IMG/VR virus record: IMGVR_UViG_3300042564_000716
Reading direction: 5' to 3' (one strand)
DNA length: 64,000 nucleotides
DNA from: an uncultured virus (IMG/VR IMGVR_UViG_3300042564_000716)
Taxonomy: Duplodnaviria > Heunggongvirae > Uroviricota > Caudoviricetes
In this document: positions 10,149 to 19,679 of the stretch, piece after piece
Layout: the number at the start of each line of letters is the position of its first letter
How positions within the stretch are numbered: the stretch's first letter is position 1
Notes under the pieces: model-generated
The model's database searches: none
Told to the model about the DNA's origin: nothing
The model's input: the letters and a program-made list of their open reading frames with translations, nothing else
Translations under genes and position numbers: made by a program

Positions 10149-11342
10149 TCAACTCCTCAGTAGCCGCGTAAGTTCGCGGTTCCGTGCATTAAGATCACCT
10201 GCTGAGGTCGCAAACAGGCCAGTTCCAAAAATATCGTTCATCAATTGTACGTCTGCGGCGTTCTTCTTGTCATCTTCCGACTCGGCTTCACTGCCCGGAG
10301 CACGAAGGACATTACCCGCAAGATACCTAAGAACGTCGTTGTTTGCGCTGCTGGCGTTTGTAGCAGGTTGAGATGGACCCCCGGCATTGACCCCAAAAAG
10401 GGAGTCAAGGTTGTCCCCGCCTGCCGAGGTAGAAGAATCAGTTGACGCGGTTGTAGAGCCTGTTGCCGACGATCCCGAGGACGATCCAACACCCAAAGCG
10501 CCGTCAATGGCTGCCGCCAACGAAGAGGTGTTGGATTGCCCAGTGGGGGCCGCTCCGGTCGCCGAGTTAACTGCGCTAGATGTTGCTGACCCGATGGCTT
10601 GGCCAACACCCATTGCGGACATCCCAGAAGAAACCGTGCTTGCTGGAATTCCCGTTGCCTGAGAAATGGTTGAAGCCAGCGCAGCTACCACTGCCCCGGT
10701 TGTGGCGGCAGAAACGGCTTGCCCGGGGTTCCCGTTGACAATTCCAGAAACAACTCCAACAGGGATGCCAAGTGATGCGGCAACTTGGCCGATGGCTGCA
10801 TTTGCAATGCTCTGGCCAATGCTTGTTTGCCCAGACAGCATCCCCATAAGCCCTTGAGTCTGTGAAACCGCCAAGCCGAGCGTTGGGTTTATAAGTCCCA
10901 GTAGGGCGGGCAAGTTATTGGTCAAGGCGGTATTGGCATCCATCGCTGCCAGCGCCATATCAACCGTTTGAGTATCGGAAATACTCATACCCCCAAGGCC
11001 GTTTGCGGACAGCAAACCGAGCTCTGATTGAGTCATCCCGTTGGTGGCCACATTGGAGCCAGTCGCGTTCGACTGCGACATCATTGCCGCCTCAGTTGGG
11101 CTGATACCCAAAGCAGCGGCAATTTCCGAAAGCGATGTTACTGCGGGGTCAGATTCGGGAGTAGAAAAATCGGTGCTGGTAGAGCCCCCAGCGGGAGTCC
11201 CATTTCCCGTACCAGATGCGCCGGGTCCGGGGCCATCCCCAGTGGCAGACGAAGCAGCACCCGTACCACCGTCACCGCTATCCCCATCGCCATAACGGAA
11301 TGGGCGACCCAAAAGCTTGGCCTTGTAGTACAGGATGTTCAT
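10149..11342 (-). CDS. Gly/Ser/Ala-rich virion protein with hydrophobic glycine-zipper-like segments
   Basis: 397-aa ORF tightly packed between its neighbours. Confidence 0.6.
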   Translation of the reverse strand: MNILYYKAKLLGRPFRYGDGDSGDGGTGAASSATGDGPGPGASGTGNGTPAGGSTSTDFSTPESDPAVTSLSEIAAALGISPTEAAMMSQSNATGSNVATNGMTQSELGLLSANGLGGMSISDTQTVDMALAAMDANTALTNNLPALLGLINPTLGLAVSQTQGLMGMLSGQTSIGQSIANAAIGQVAASLGIPVGVVSGIVNGNPGQAVSAATTGAVVAALASTISQATGIPASTVSSGMSAMGVGQAIGSATSSAVNSATGAAPTGQSNTSSLAAAIDGALGVGSSSGSSATGSTTASTDSSTSAGGDNLDSLFGVNAGGPSQPATNASSANNDVLRYLAGNVLRAPGSEAESEDDKKNAADVQLMNDIFGTGLFATSAGDLNARNRELTRLLRS

Positions 11343-11343
11343 A

Positions 11344-11598
11344 TCAGACCTTCACTTTCAATACGTTGGAGGCAGAGGTGTCGCGGTACACATCGCCCGG
11401 GCGCAGATCGGCCACGTTTGCTTGTGTCGGCAAAGTGTTGATGTCGATGTTTAAACTGGAAATGTTGATGTGCTGTACGGCGGTGGTTTGCTGGAAGAAC
11501 AAGTTGAAGACCGTCTGCATCTGGTCCATAAACGCAGTGGTGTATTGCGCTGGCGCTGTGGTTGGCCGAGGCGGGGTAACGCGACTGAACATGCCCAT
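11344..11598 (-). CDS. Small tail-associated hypothetical protein
   Basis: 84 aa, packed directly after the tail nozzle-like gene. Confidence 0.6.
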   Translation of the reverse strand: MGMFSRVTPPRPTTAPAQYTTAFMDQMQTVFNLFFQQTTAVQHINISSLNIDINTLPTQANVADLRPGDVYRDTSASNVLKVKV

Positions 11599-11601
11599 AG
11601 G

Positions 11602-13785
11602 TCACCTCGCGCCATCAGGACGCAAATCAAAGCGCGGAGCCCCAAGCTGCCAAGTTACGCCAAGGCCGGTGCTCTCCACCTTCATGGACATCTGCCGTGC
11701 GCGAACCCGGGTAAAAATCTGCCCCGTAAATTCTTCAATTGGCAGCACGGCTGTACGCGTGATCGGTCGGTTGTTTTCACCGCCAACCGATGGAGGGGTA
11801 GTGTATCCTGAACCCGCGTTCTTTAAAGGCTGCATGTACATCCGGGCCGTAGGAGCTGCGGCCTCTGACCCACGGAACGTAATGTCCGGCAGGACGCGCC
11901 AAAGGAACATGAATTTGTGCCCATCATCCAGATCAAATTCAGCGGAAGTGATTGTTGCCGTAATCGGGGTTGGCACGTCGGTTGTCTTGTCGTCCACACC
12001 AAACTCGTGGTTCACAATGTTATTGGAGTACGTAGCCGCTATCGGGTAATCGAGCAACCCAGAATCCAGCCATGCTGTGCGACCTAAACTGCCGTAGTAC
12101 CAGATGTCTTCGGAGTAGTTGTAGATCGCGTACTTGTCAACCACAAGGGAACCAGTCGAGCAGTAAAACCACCAAACCTCATTAAAGCCTTCGTTGGTCC
12201 CAGCAAAAACTTGGGCGTACTGGTCTTTGTTTAGGTCTGAAAAAATATACTGACGCAAGTCGCACCGCAAGGTTTGAACTCGACCGTCGTACTTATAGAA
12301 CTTGTCCACACCCATCCAATAGACGACGCCAGAAGCAACGGCGGCGGCATTTTGCCCAACGATTGATGTGTTGTCACCAAGCAGTGTCGCACCCCAAACG
12401 ATTGGAGGGCCGAGATACTGAAGGGCGTACACCGCGTTATCCGTGAACACCACAATTTCTTGGCGGGACTGGATGGCAGAAACAATGCGCGAACCCCGCG
12501 ATAACTGCAATCCTCCAGCTTGGTTTGTTGGCGATGGCGTCCAATCTGCTGCGTTCTCTTGATCGGACCAGCGGATTAGCATTGGATTTTGCGCGGAGAG
12601 GCCGACATCATTGCACCCAAATGCCAACACAAAGCGGCTCACATCCGAAACCAGCAAGTAGTTCTGCACCGTAGGCGCATCTGATGCGCCGTTAAGAGCT
12701 GTCAAGCTAACCGCTCTGGTGCTAGTTCCCCCAGAGGAGGCCCAATAGTAAATGCCCCCACCCCGTGGCCCAAAAACCAAATCTTCGCCGAAGTTGAACT
12801 GACTCCACAGCCGAATAGTATCCAGTGTCGTTGCGCCTACGCCCCAAGGGCCAGCGCCCCAAGAGCCAGCGCCCCAACCCAGCAGAGGTACGGCGAACTC
12901 GCCCCCAGTATTGATCTGATACGCAGCAGCCACCGTCCCGCCGCCGGGAGAACCTGATACGTCCGTTGCGTTGGCGGTTGCGGACGCAGTGATGGCGTAC
13001 GAGTTTGCATTGAGGACTGTGAGTTGGTACTCGCGGTTAAGAACACCTGCCGTGATGTTGCCGCCAAGGCCCACGGCTCCGCTGAAAGTAACAAAGTCCC
13101 CCGTATTGCAGCCGTGCGCCGTATCCGCGACAGTGATGACGTTGGAGCCCAGTGTGGCACTGAAGGGGTTTGTCAGGACGAAATTGTACTTCGTGTATGT
13201 AGCTACCACAGCAGCCCCGCCACCGCCAGCCACCGTAGAAGTAGCTGCGGTAAACACGGTGATCGTGTAACTATCAACGCCAGTCACCGTAACCGTGTGA
13301 TTGGTGTTTAGGACTTCTGGGGGGATACCGCCAACTGCTACGGCCCCAGAAAAATTGGCAACGTCCCCGGTGACTAGGCCGTGCGCGGTGTCGGCCACGA
13401 CAATTACTGCCAAACCAGAGGTGGTGCTAAATGGATTGGTCAGCGTTACAGGTGCCTCGGTGTACGACCGCAAAGGGGTAATGTCGTAATAGGCACCACC
13501 GCGCTCAATGTAAAACTTCAGGTTTGTGCCAACACCAATAAGGTTTAGGCCATCAAGCGTCACCCAGTTCCACATAGACCGGCACACGCCCAAAAAGAAG
13601 TTTACGGAGATGCGCTCCCAGCCACCAATTTTTTCGGGAGACCCTGAGCGAAACCGAACCTTGTCGCAATCGTACCAGCCAGCCGAATACGCGCCGTTGA
13701 TCCCGGCAGGTCCGACATTTTCCGACAGGTATCTGGTGTTTTCGCGACTTACGCCGGGTCTGAACAGGAGTTTTTTGAGTGGCAC
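11602..13785 (-). CDS. Tail tubular/nozzle (stabilisation)-like beta-propeller protein with two inserted ~90-aa repeats
   Basis: 727 aa with IRWSDQEN, YWMG and NEVWWFY segments typical of this class; duplicated LTNPFS...VADTAHG..TGD...FSGAV units. Confidence 0.65.
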   Translation of the reverse strand: MPLKKLLFRPGVSRENTRYLSENVGPAGINGAYSAGWYDCDKVRFRSGSPEKIGGWERISVNFFLGVCRSMWNWVTLDGLNLIGVGTNLKFYIERGGAYYDITPLRSYTEAPVTLTNPFSTTSGLAVIVVADTAHGLVTGDVANFSGAVAVGGIPPEVLNTNHTVTVTGVDSYTITVFTAATSTVAGGGGAAVVATYTKYNFVLTNPFSATLGSNVITVADTAHGCNTGDFVTFSGAVGLGGNITAGVLNREYQLTVLNANSYAITASATANATDVSGSPGGGTVAAAYQINTGGEFAVPLLGWGAGSWGAGPWGVGATTLDTIRLWSQFNFGEDLVFGPRGGGIYYWASSGGTSTRAVSLTALNGASDAPTVQNYLLVSDVSRFVLAFGCNDVGLSAQNPMLIRWSDQENAADWTPSPTNQAGGLQLSRGSRIVSAIQSRQEIVVFTDNAVYALQYLGPPIVWGATLLGDNTSIVGQNAAAVASGVVYWMGVDKFYKYDGRVQTLRCDLRQYIFSDLNKDQYAQVFAGTNEGFNEVWWFYCSTGSLVVDKYAIYNYSEDIWYYGSLGRTAWLDSGLLDYPIAATYSNNIVNHEFGVDDKTTDVPTPITATITSAEFDLDDGHKFMFLWRVLPDITFRGSEAAAPTARMYMQPLKNAGSGYTTPPSVGGENNRPITRTAVLPIEEFTGQIFTRVRARQMSMKVESTGLGVTWQLGAPRFDLRPDGAR

Positions 13786-13793
13786 GTTTTACC

Positions 13794-14384
13794 TCATGCG
13801 GTCAGTACGTTGAGGGCGGTGTTGATGTGCGCAACCCTGTCTGCAAGCCCTATTGTCCCACCATTTATTTTTTTCGTCATCCCCGTGAAGTCTTTGGCAT
13901 CGGCTTCCTTGTTCAAGCCGCGCTTGTTCCAGTACCAAGCAGCCGTCAGGGCGGCATATTCTTTGGACAGAACCAGCTCGGGGTCGGCCACAAGGTCTAC
14001 GCCCAAGGCGTCAGAGGCAAGGCGGTAGTTGTCCTTGCCAGTCAACTGGATCAGGCCACGGCCACGGTACTTCCAGCCATCGCCCTCGTCGGTGTTGCCC
14101 ATCCGGCCAGAATATACCTTGTTGGCAATCTTCTCGGGGTTGCGGTGGAACGGCTGCGCAGCCTCCTCAGATGCAAAGCGGCTGGGCCAAGTGGCGTGCA
14201 AGCCCTTGGCGCTGTAGTTCAGATTCTCCTGCAAGGTCTTAAAGTTACCCGACTCGTGGGCACACTGGCCGATGAACGCCGCTTGGCGCTCAGGGGTGCT
14301 GATGTCAAAACGCTGAAATGCCGCCGTCAATGGCTCCAGCCAAGACGGGTCGATGTGCATTTCCTTGAGCTGGTCTTCTGTCAT
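13794..14384 (-). CDS. Endolysin, glycoside hydrolase family 19
   Basis: AAFIGQCAHESG, ENLNYSA, YRGRGLIQLTGKDNY, TKKINGG motifs. Confidence 0.92.
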   Translation of the reverse strand: MTEDQLKEMHIDPSWLEPLTAAFQRFDISTPERQAAFIGQCAHESGNFKTLQENLNYSAKGLHATWPSRFASEEAAQPFHRNPEKIANKVYSGRMGNTDEGDGWKYRGRGLIQLTGKDNYRLASDALGVDLVADPELVLSKEYAALTAAWYWNKRGLNKEADAKDFTGMTKKINGGTIGLADRVAHINTALNVLTA

Positions 14385-14878
14385 TTAGAAGCTCCAGCTT
14401 TTGAAAGAAGGTCGGTTTTGGCCTGCGATCCAGCAGAGGAGCCGAAGTAGTAGGCAATAATGCCCGTCCACGCCGTGCCCAAGCTGCCCAGCATCATCAA
14501 GATGGCGGGGTTGCTGCTGTCAATCTGGTTGAAGAACATCATCACCATGATGCCAAAGAACCCAATGGTCACAGCGCCAGCCAGCAGGGGTGGCATCAAA
14601 CTGCGGGTGGTGGCCTGCATCTCCCGTGCGGACTTGCGGTCTTCAACTTCCAACTTCTCAAAGTTCAGGCCCAGCTCCTGCGCTTGCTTCTGAAGCTCGA
14701 TCTCGGCAATCTTGACCTGTGCAATCTGTTCAGCCGACAGCTTGTTGTTGGAGATCATGTCGCCAACCTTGTCGGGGTCAACGCCGATGGCTTTTGAGAT
14801 GGCCGACACAGCCATCCCCGCCAGTGGACCCCCCATCGCCGTGGCAATGGTGGGAGCGATTTGTTTAAGCCAATCCAT
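14381..14878 (-). CDS. Holin-like membrane protein (3TM / GTA-holin-like)
   Basis: DRKSAREM, transmembrane segments and YYFGSSAGS; overlaps the endolysin start. Confidence 0.75.
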   Translation of the reverse strand: MDWLKQIAPTIATAMGGPLAGMAVSAISKAIGVDPDKVGDMISNNKLSAEQIAQVKIAEIELQKQAQELGLNFEKLEVEDRKSAREMQATTRSLMPPLLAGAVTIGFFGIMVMMFFNQIDSSNPAILMMLGSLGTAWTGIIAYYFGSSAGSQAKTDLLSKAGASK

Positions 14879-14883
14879 ATCAA

Positions 14884-15339
14884 TTACCCCTTTAAGTCAA
14901 AACTCAGGTTGGTGTGGCGGGGATACTGCACAACGCGCTCCCCTTCCGGACATTTGTATTTGATGGTCGCCAGCAAAGTTGCCTTACCGCTGGCAATTTT
15001 CTCTTTGTTAACCATCGTGAGTTCGTATGTAAACGTGTCAATTTCCGGCCCTGCTGGACCGCTGAACTTGCTTGCGGTGGTGGTTGCCTCATGCACCATG
15101 CCTGCTGCATCACGAATGCTTGGGGTAAAGCTCTCAACAGAGCAGTCGTCACGTTTTTTGATCCGGGCAACCGTGACGTTGATGGGCTTACCAGCCTCGG
15201 CCACAATTTTGAAATGCTCAGGAGTCCACTCAATAATGGCCCTGTCAAGCAACCCAAACTTGTCGGCAAGCGTGTAGCTTCCACCTAACGCAGCAACACT
15301 GGCGGCAACGGCTCCAATTGCTTTGGTAAGGTCAACCAC
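14884..15339 (-). CDS. Hypothetical protein with N-terminal membrane anchor (lysis region)
   Basis: 151-aa ORF, hydrophobic N-terminus, two Cys. Confidence 0.55.
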   Translation of the reverse strand: MVDLTKAIGAVAASVAALGGSYTLADKFGLLDRAIIEWTPEHFKIVAEAGKPINVTVARIKKRDDCSVESFTPSIRDAAGMVHEATTTASKFSGPAGPEIDTFTYELTMVNKEKIASGKATLLATIKYKCPEGERVVQYPRHTNLSFDLKG

Positions 15340-15340
15340 G

Positions 15341-15769
15341 TCACGCCCCCTTTGACGTGGTAATGCTGTCTTCTCCCTTGGAGACCGTAACCTTTTCGCC
15401 TTCTACAGTAACCCGCATTGGAGGCTCCTTGCGGTCCAGACGGTCCAGCTTGTCGATCAGGTTCTTGATGACCTCAAACTCGGGCTTCTCTTGCTTGGCG
15501 TTTGCACCAGCAATGCCGTTGAGCATGGAGATCAAAGCAGTCAGCGCAGAGCCCAGCAAGCCCATCACCGCAGCAATCTTGGACTCATCCAAAAACAGGG
15601 AAGCACCAACGCCGATGATGATGATCAGCGTGATGTAGAACAGTCCACCCTCGCCGATGGCCTTGCCAGCGATTTCTTTGGCCGGGGATGCTGCGTTCAG
15701 TTTGTCCAGCTCAACTTGAGCTTGGGCCTTGATGACGGCCAGCTCGTGCTTTAAAGTTTGCTCATCCAT
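15341..15769 (-). CDS. Two-TM membrane protein
   Basis: Two hydrophobic helices; GGAG ribosome-binding site upstream. Confidence 0.65.
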   Translation of the reverse strand: MDEQTLKHELAVIKAQAQVELDKLNAASPAKEIAGKAIGEGGLFYITLIIIIGVGASLFLDESKIAAVMGLLGSALTALISMLNGIAGANAKQEKPEFEVIKNLIDKLDRLDRKEPPMRVTVEGEKVTVSKGEDSITTSKGA

Positions 15770-15853
15770 ACATCACTCCAATAAAAACACGGGCGCACCA
15801 GACAATTAGCCCAACAATTAGGACCGCTGCAATGAATGCGACGGCCCAGTCTT

Positions 15854-16435
15854 TCATGGTGCTGCTGCCGGAGTGACCACCACCTCTGGCCTGACAATTA
15901 CAGGCGTAGGCTGAGTGACAATAATTGGCGCAGGCTGCGTGATGGTGATCGGCGCAGGTTGAGTCACAACAGTCGGGGCGTGCGTGCTGTCGGTGTTGGT
16001 CGTTGTGGTCGTTGTGGTGATCGCACCGGGCGCTTGAATCTTTCCAGCAAGACCCACAAAGGCAGCGTTGGTGCTTACGCCCAGAGTCGTGGCGTTGTTA
16101 CTCTGTGCGATACCAACTTGAGCCTGTTTGCTCACGCTGTAGATCTGGGTTGCAGTGGGCAGCAACACAGAGGTCCACTGAAGCAGATGGTCACCAAATG
16201 ACTTGGGCGCTGCGATCTGGGTTTGGTTCTGCACTGCACCCATTTGCAAGGACATCACAGCCGCGACTTTGGCCGCAGTGTCACCTTGCTTTGCAATTTC
16301 TGCCAGAGCCTGATAACGGGCCGTTTGAGATGCTGCCTGAGCCTTGTGGATGTCGGCATAGGCTGCGTATTCAGCAGTGGCGCAGCCTGTCAGGGACAGG
16401 ACTGCAATCAATGGTGCGATCAGCTTCATGGTCAA
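15854..16435 (-). CDS. Putative lipoprotein with Thr/Pro-rich repetitive C-terminus
   Basis: Signal peptide with lipobox LTGC; repeated (V/I)TQP(A/T)P units. Confidence 0.7.
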   Translation of the reverse strand: MTMKLIAPLIAVLSLTGCATAEYAAYADIHKAQAASQTARYQALAEIAKQGDTAAKVAAVMSLQMGAVQNQTQIAAPKSFGDHLLQWTSVLLPTATQIYSVSKQAQVGIAQSNNATTLGVSTNAAFVGLAGKIQAPGAITTTTTTTNTDSTHAPTVVTQPAPITITQPAPIIVTQPTPVIVRPEVVVTPAAAP

Positions 16436-16438
16436 TCC

Positions 16439-16684
16439 TTAGTTGGTCGGCAAAGGTGCAGACGGATTGTCGCGCTGCTCTTGCAGGTCGATTGCAGTCT
16501 GGTCTTTGGTAAACGCGCCCGTGGCGGGATCGTAGATGCAGAACTGGTTGATCCGAAAATCTCTGTCAGTAAAACCGTCTGGTGCGTTGACCTCTCCGGG
16601 TGCAATGTCTTCAGGCTCGTAGGAACCCCCGCGATACCCCGAGAGTCGGCTGTTGGTGTCAATTTGAAGAAATATCATGATCAA
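16439..16684 (-). CDS. Small acidic protein, possible tail-fibre chaperone
   Basis: 81 aa, overlaps the stop of the upstream fibre-like gene. Confidence 0.5.
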   Translation of the reverse strand: MIMIFLQIDTNSRLSGYRGGSYEPEDIAPGEVNAPDGFTDRDFRINQFCIYDPATGAFTKDQTAIDLQEQRDNPSAPLPTN

Positions 16685-17082
16685 AACTCCTCGACTGCTG
16701 AAAAATTGTATGTGGTACTGTTGCTGTCGCTAGTGCCGATAACAACCGTGCCGCCCGCTATCAGGTAAAATTCCGTATTCATAATGTAATAGCTAGTGCT
16801 ACCGCCTGCGACCTCACGCACTAGTTTTTGACCCGACCCCGGCGAAAGGCCAACAGGCCCGGTCCCGCTTAAAGTTGTATAACTGTTAAAATAAGAGGTA
16901 ACAAGAACTCCGCTATTTCCAGTTACAAACACGTATTGGCCCCCAACGATCAAATATGCATAGCCGGTGCCGCCATTAGTTGAAAGCATCCCAATGGTAA
17001 CTTTTGCCACTCGACTAGCGGGTACCGTATAGACCGTTGCAGCAGACGTTGACCCACTAAAAACTTTAATTGCTTTTGCCAT
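16681..17082 (-). CDS. Beta-rich tail-tip/receptor-binding module (start MAKAIKVF)
   Basis: AAGGAG upstream of the ATG at 17082; TVYTVPASR motif; AT-richer than its flanks. Confidence 0.6.
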   Translation of the reverse strand: MAKAIKVFSGSTSAATVYTVPASRVAKVTIGMLSTNGGTGYAYLIVGGQYVFVTGNSGVLVTSYFNSYTTLSGTGPVGLSPGSGQKLVREVAGGSTSYYIMNTEFYLIAGGTVVIGTSDSNSTTYNFSAVEEF

Positions 17083-17092
17083 TTTTTTCTCC

Positions 17093-17548
17093 TTAAAAAG
17101 CTGAAAATGCTGGGACAGTTGCCATGACAAATTCGGTTGTTGCAATCTGTGTTGTGTTGGTTCCAAAGGCGGCAGTTGGTGCTGTCGGAGTACCAGTAAA
17201 TGCAGGGGAATTGAGCGGAGCACCAGTTGCCGTACCGCTTGTCCAAGTTGTCCCGTTTGATAACAGCACGTTACCCGCTGTTCCGGGAGCGACCACTTGA
17301 ACAGCGGAAGTACCGTTGCCCAAGATGACGTTGTTGGCAGTCAATGATGCTGCACCAGTGCCGCCGTTAGATACAGGAGTGATGTTCGCAGCCAGCAGCT
17401 TCACAGTGCCAGCGGCGTTCTTGAAGTACAGCTTCTCGTCGGTCGTGTTGATGGCAAGTTCGCCGTCAGCAAGGTTGGTGTTAACTGGAACCGCAGCAGC
17501 CGTGGCCGTGCGGTAGAGTTGGATTGGGGTAAAACCTGTTGCAGCCAT
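17093..17548 (-). CDS. Short tail-fibre module with Mtd-N-like N-terminus
   Basis: LADGELAINTTDEKLYFK, then NGGTGA repeats and APLNSPAFTGTPTAPT...TTQIATTEFV fibre repeat; start overlaps the upstream stop (TAATG). Confidence 0.75.
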   Translation of the reverse strand: MAATGFTPIQLYRTATAAAVPVNTNLADGELAINTTDEKLYFKNAAGTVKLLAANITPVSNGGTGAASLTANNVILGNGTSAVQVVAPGTAGNVLLSNGTTWTSGTATGAPLNSPAFTGTPTAPTAAFGTNTTQIATTEFVMATVPAFSAF

Positions 17549-17973
17549 TAAAAAGTTCCTCCAGAGAAGATGTTGTTTGCAATTGTAGTGAAATCTAATC
17601 CGTCCCACGCAACTATTGCGTTAAAACCTGAAGGGATCAGCACCCCGGCTGTTGGGCCTGCGCCACGAACCACAATGCTCCCGGTTCCATCGTTGATGAC
17701 GATGTATGGCTTGCTCTGCGCAGGCGCTGTGATGTTGCGTGTCGTGGCCCCGTTGCTTGCCGTCCAGCGGATGATGGCTTGGCGGGCTTCGTTGGCCGCG
17801 AGGGCTGTGGTCGTTAGCGTAACATCGGCGTCTACGCTCAGTATGGTTGTACCCGCAACGGCGGAGTCCACCAGCGAGGTAATAGAGTTGTTGACGGTAG
17901 TGCCCCATGTACCGTCGAGTTCGCCTTCAACCGGCAGTGCCAGTCCAAGTAGTGTGGTATTTCCTGTTGGCAT
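17548..17973 (-). CDS. Tail-fibre-associated structural protein
   Basis: LGLALP...GTWG.TVN N-terminus; ends in GGTF. Confidence 0.65.
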   Translation of the reverse strand: MPTGNTTLLGLALPVEGELDGTWGTTVNNSITSLVDSAVAGTTILSVDADVTLTTTALAANEARQAIIRWTASNGATTRNITAPAQSKPYIVINDGTGSIVVRGAGPTAGVLIPSGFNAIVAWDGLDFTTIANNIFSGGTF

Positions 17974-17982
17974 ACGTATTCC

Positions 17983-18177
17983 TTAAAAAGTGCCGCCATT
18001 GACGTTGGCCCATATTGGAGCCACCCCTGCGCCTTGGGACACAGGCACTTGCCCTGCCGTGCCGTTTGTTCCGCCCAAAACAATCTTTGGGTCGGTCAGG
18101 GTTTTGTTTGTGACCGTGTTTGTGCTCGTCGCAGTCAAGACGTTGGTTGGGGTGATGATGTTTGAAAGTATTGCCAT
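17983..18177 (-). CDS. Mini tail-fibre peptide (64 aa)
   Basis: TNTVTNKTLT and GTAGQVPVSQGAG fibre repeats; ends in GGTF. Confidence 0.65.
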   Translation of the reverse strand: MAILSNIITPTNVLTATSTNTVTNKTLTDPKIVLGGTNGTAGQVPVSQGAGVAPIWANVNGGTF

Positions 18178-18180
18178 ATG

Positions 18181-18426
18181 TTACTCCGTGCCTTGCAAGA
18201 TGATTAGTAACGCGCTTGGGTCTTCGGCGCTATCAATGCTGGACTGAAGTGCCGCATACTTGTCACGGACCGCTTGGCGCTGCGCCTCCACGGCCTGTAC
18301 ATCTGTGCCGGGAATCTGCTTCATGATGACTTCATCAAGCGGCGCAAACTCCTCTGCGCGTCTTTGCCTGCGGAGGTCATGGCTGATTGTTTTTGCTTTG
18401 TCTAAGTTGATTGTGATCATGCCCAT
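18181..18426 (-). CDS. Tail-fibre assembly/chaperone-like helical protein
   Basis: ITINLDKAKTISHDLRR...EFAPLD...RQAVRD pattern. Confidence 0.55.
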   Translation of the reverse strand: MGMITINLDKAKTISHDLRRQRRAEEFAPLDEVIMKQIPGTDVQAVEAQRQAVRDKYAALQSSIDSAEDPSALLIILQGTE

Positions 18427-19076
18427 GTCCCCACGCTTGTGTTGCTGCCTGATGTTCCAATTGGATAGATGCGAAAATAAGCCCCCAATGCAACCGTGTA
18501 TGCGCCGCCGGGAGCTGCGCTTAGTTGGTACTGCGGAATAAATGTTCCACCAGCGTTGACCGAAACTGTTCCGGACAGTCGTGCGTGAAGAGCTACTGGG
18601 TTGGCTGATAATCCAACGCCTGTAAAAACGGCGGCGGTCGCCACTTGATAGTAGTAAATAGATGTCGCTATAGGAGAAGTAAGCGCTGTTGATGACGCGC
18701 CAGCAGCAACTATAGAGTAACCAATGTTGTTGAGGGTTGCAGTCCCCCCAAATAATGCGCTTACGCTGTGGGCCGTTGTACCTGCCGCCTTAGACATTGG
18801 GAAGTACGCCTCAAAAGCATAAACCGTACTACTGCTAAGAGTTACACCAACACCCAGCCAAGACTGCGCCCCAGTTGCGTTAGCCCCTACCAAGGCGCTA
18901 TCTAGTCTGTAATACTGCATGCCCGGCACGACACCGCGTTGCAACCCTTGCGGGGTGAAGTACGGAACTTTGCCGTCATACTCAAGCTCTCCTGCGACGG
19001 CAGAGCTCAAGGCGGCAGAATTCAGCACGATAGGTGGCGTTGTAATACCCGCCGTCCCGTCTAATACAATTGCCAT
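18417..19076 (-). CDS. Tail-fibre tip/receptor-binding module, paralog B
   Basis: Shares N- and C-terminal blocks with 19670..20293. Confidence 0.7.
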   Translation of the reverse strand: MAIVLDGTAGITTPPIVLNSAALSSAVAGELEYDGKVPYFTPQGLQRGVVPGMQYYRLDSALVGANATGAQSWLGVGVTLSSSTVYAFEAYFPMSKAAGTTAHSVSALFGGTATLNNIGYSIVAAGASSTALTSPIATSIYYYQVATAAVFTGVGLSANPVALHARLSGTVSVNAGGTFIPQYQLSAAPGGAYTVALGAYFRIYPIGTSGSNTSVGTWA

Positions 19077-19079
19077 GGT

Positions 19080-19286
19080 CTACCCCTTGGTTGGTGCGTT
19101 TGTAAAATCGGCTTGCCAAGCATTGCGAAATGTCCGCTCTGCTGGGATGTCGTCTACGTGTGCTATCAAATACGGCTTGCCAACAGGTACTGATTTCAAG
19201 GCTTCCGATTGTTCAATACCGGGAGCAGGCACGACTACGGCAACGCCGTCTGCGTCATTTGGGTAAATTATTCTGTAGTTTGACAT
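19080..19286 (-). CDS. Small tail-fibre assembly-type protein
   Basis: RIIYPN..GVAVVVP...DIPAERTFRNAW; GGAG ribosome-binding site. Confidence 0.6.
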   Translation of the reverse strand: MSNYRIIYPNDADGVAVVVPAPGIEQSEALKSVPVGKPYLIAHVDDIPAERTFRNAWQADFTNAPTKG

Positions 19287-19295
19287 TGAGTCTCC

Positions 19296-19679
19296 TTATC
19301 TAAACAATGCAACTGCCACATAGTTAACGTCTGCGAGCGTGCTTGGAATGCTGTAGGTGTTTATAAACGCAGCGCCTGCGGCCTGAGTTCCCGCAGAGCA
19401 ATAAGACCCCGCAACTCCAAAATTTCGAGCCGCTCCCACAACACAACCAGCACCGTCTGCCATGGAGGTAGTAAGGTTTACTGTGTAACTGCCAACGGCA
19501 CTGTCAGTGACACTGCTCACGTTAAAAGCCGCTTGTATCGCAACTGTACCCGTGCCATTAAATTGGACCCATGCTCGGCAGAACGTACCAATCTGAGTGC
19601 CCGCACTGTCGTTTATTACGGGGGGTGTAGAGGCCGTATTGCTTTGGATTGTTGTTACGTTCAGTGTGCTCATGCCCAT
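19296..19679 (-). CDS. Short tail-fibre module
   Basis: CRAWVQFNGTGT...FNVSSVTD..VGSYTVN, a recurrent fibre-tip domain. Confidence 0.7.
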   Translation of the reverse strand: MGMSTLNVTTIQSNTASTPPVINDSAGTQIGTFCRAWVQFNGTGTVAIQAAFNVSSVTDSAVGSYTVNLTTSMADGAGCVVGAARNFGVAGSYCSAGTQAAGAAFINTYSIPSTLADVNYVAVALFR

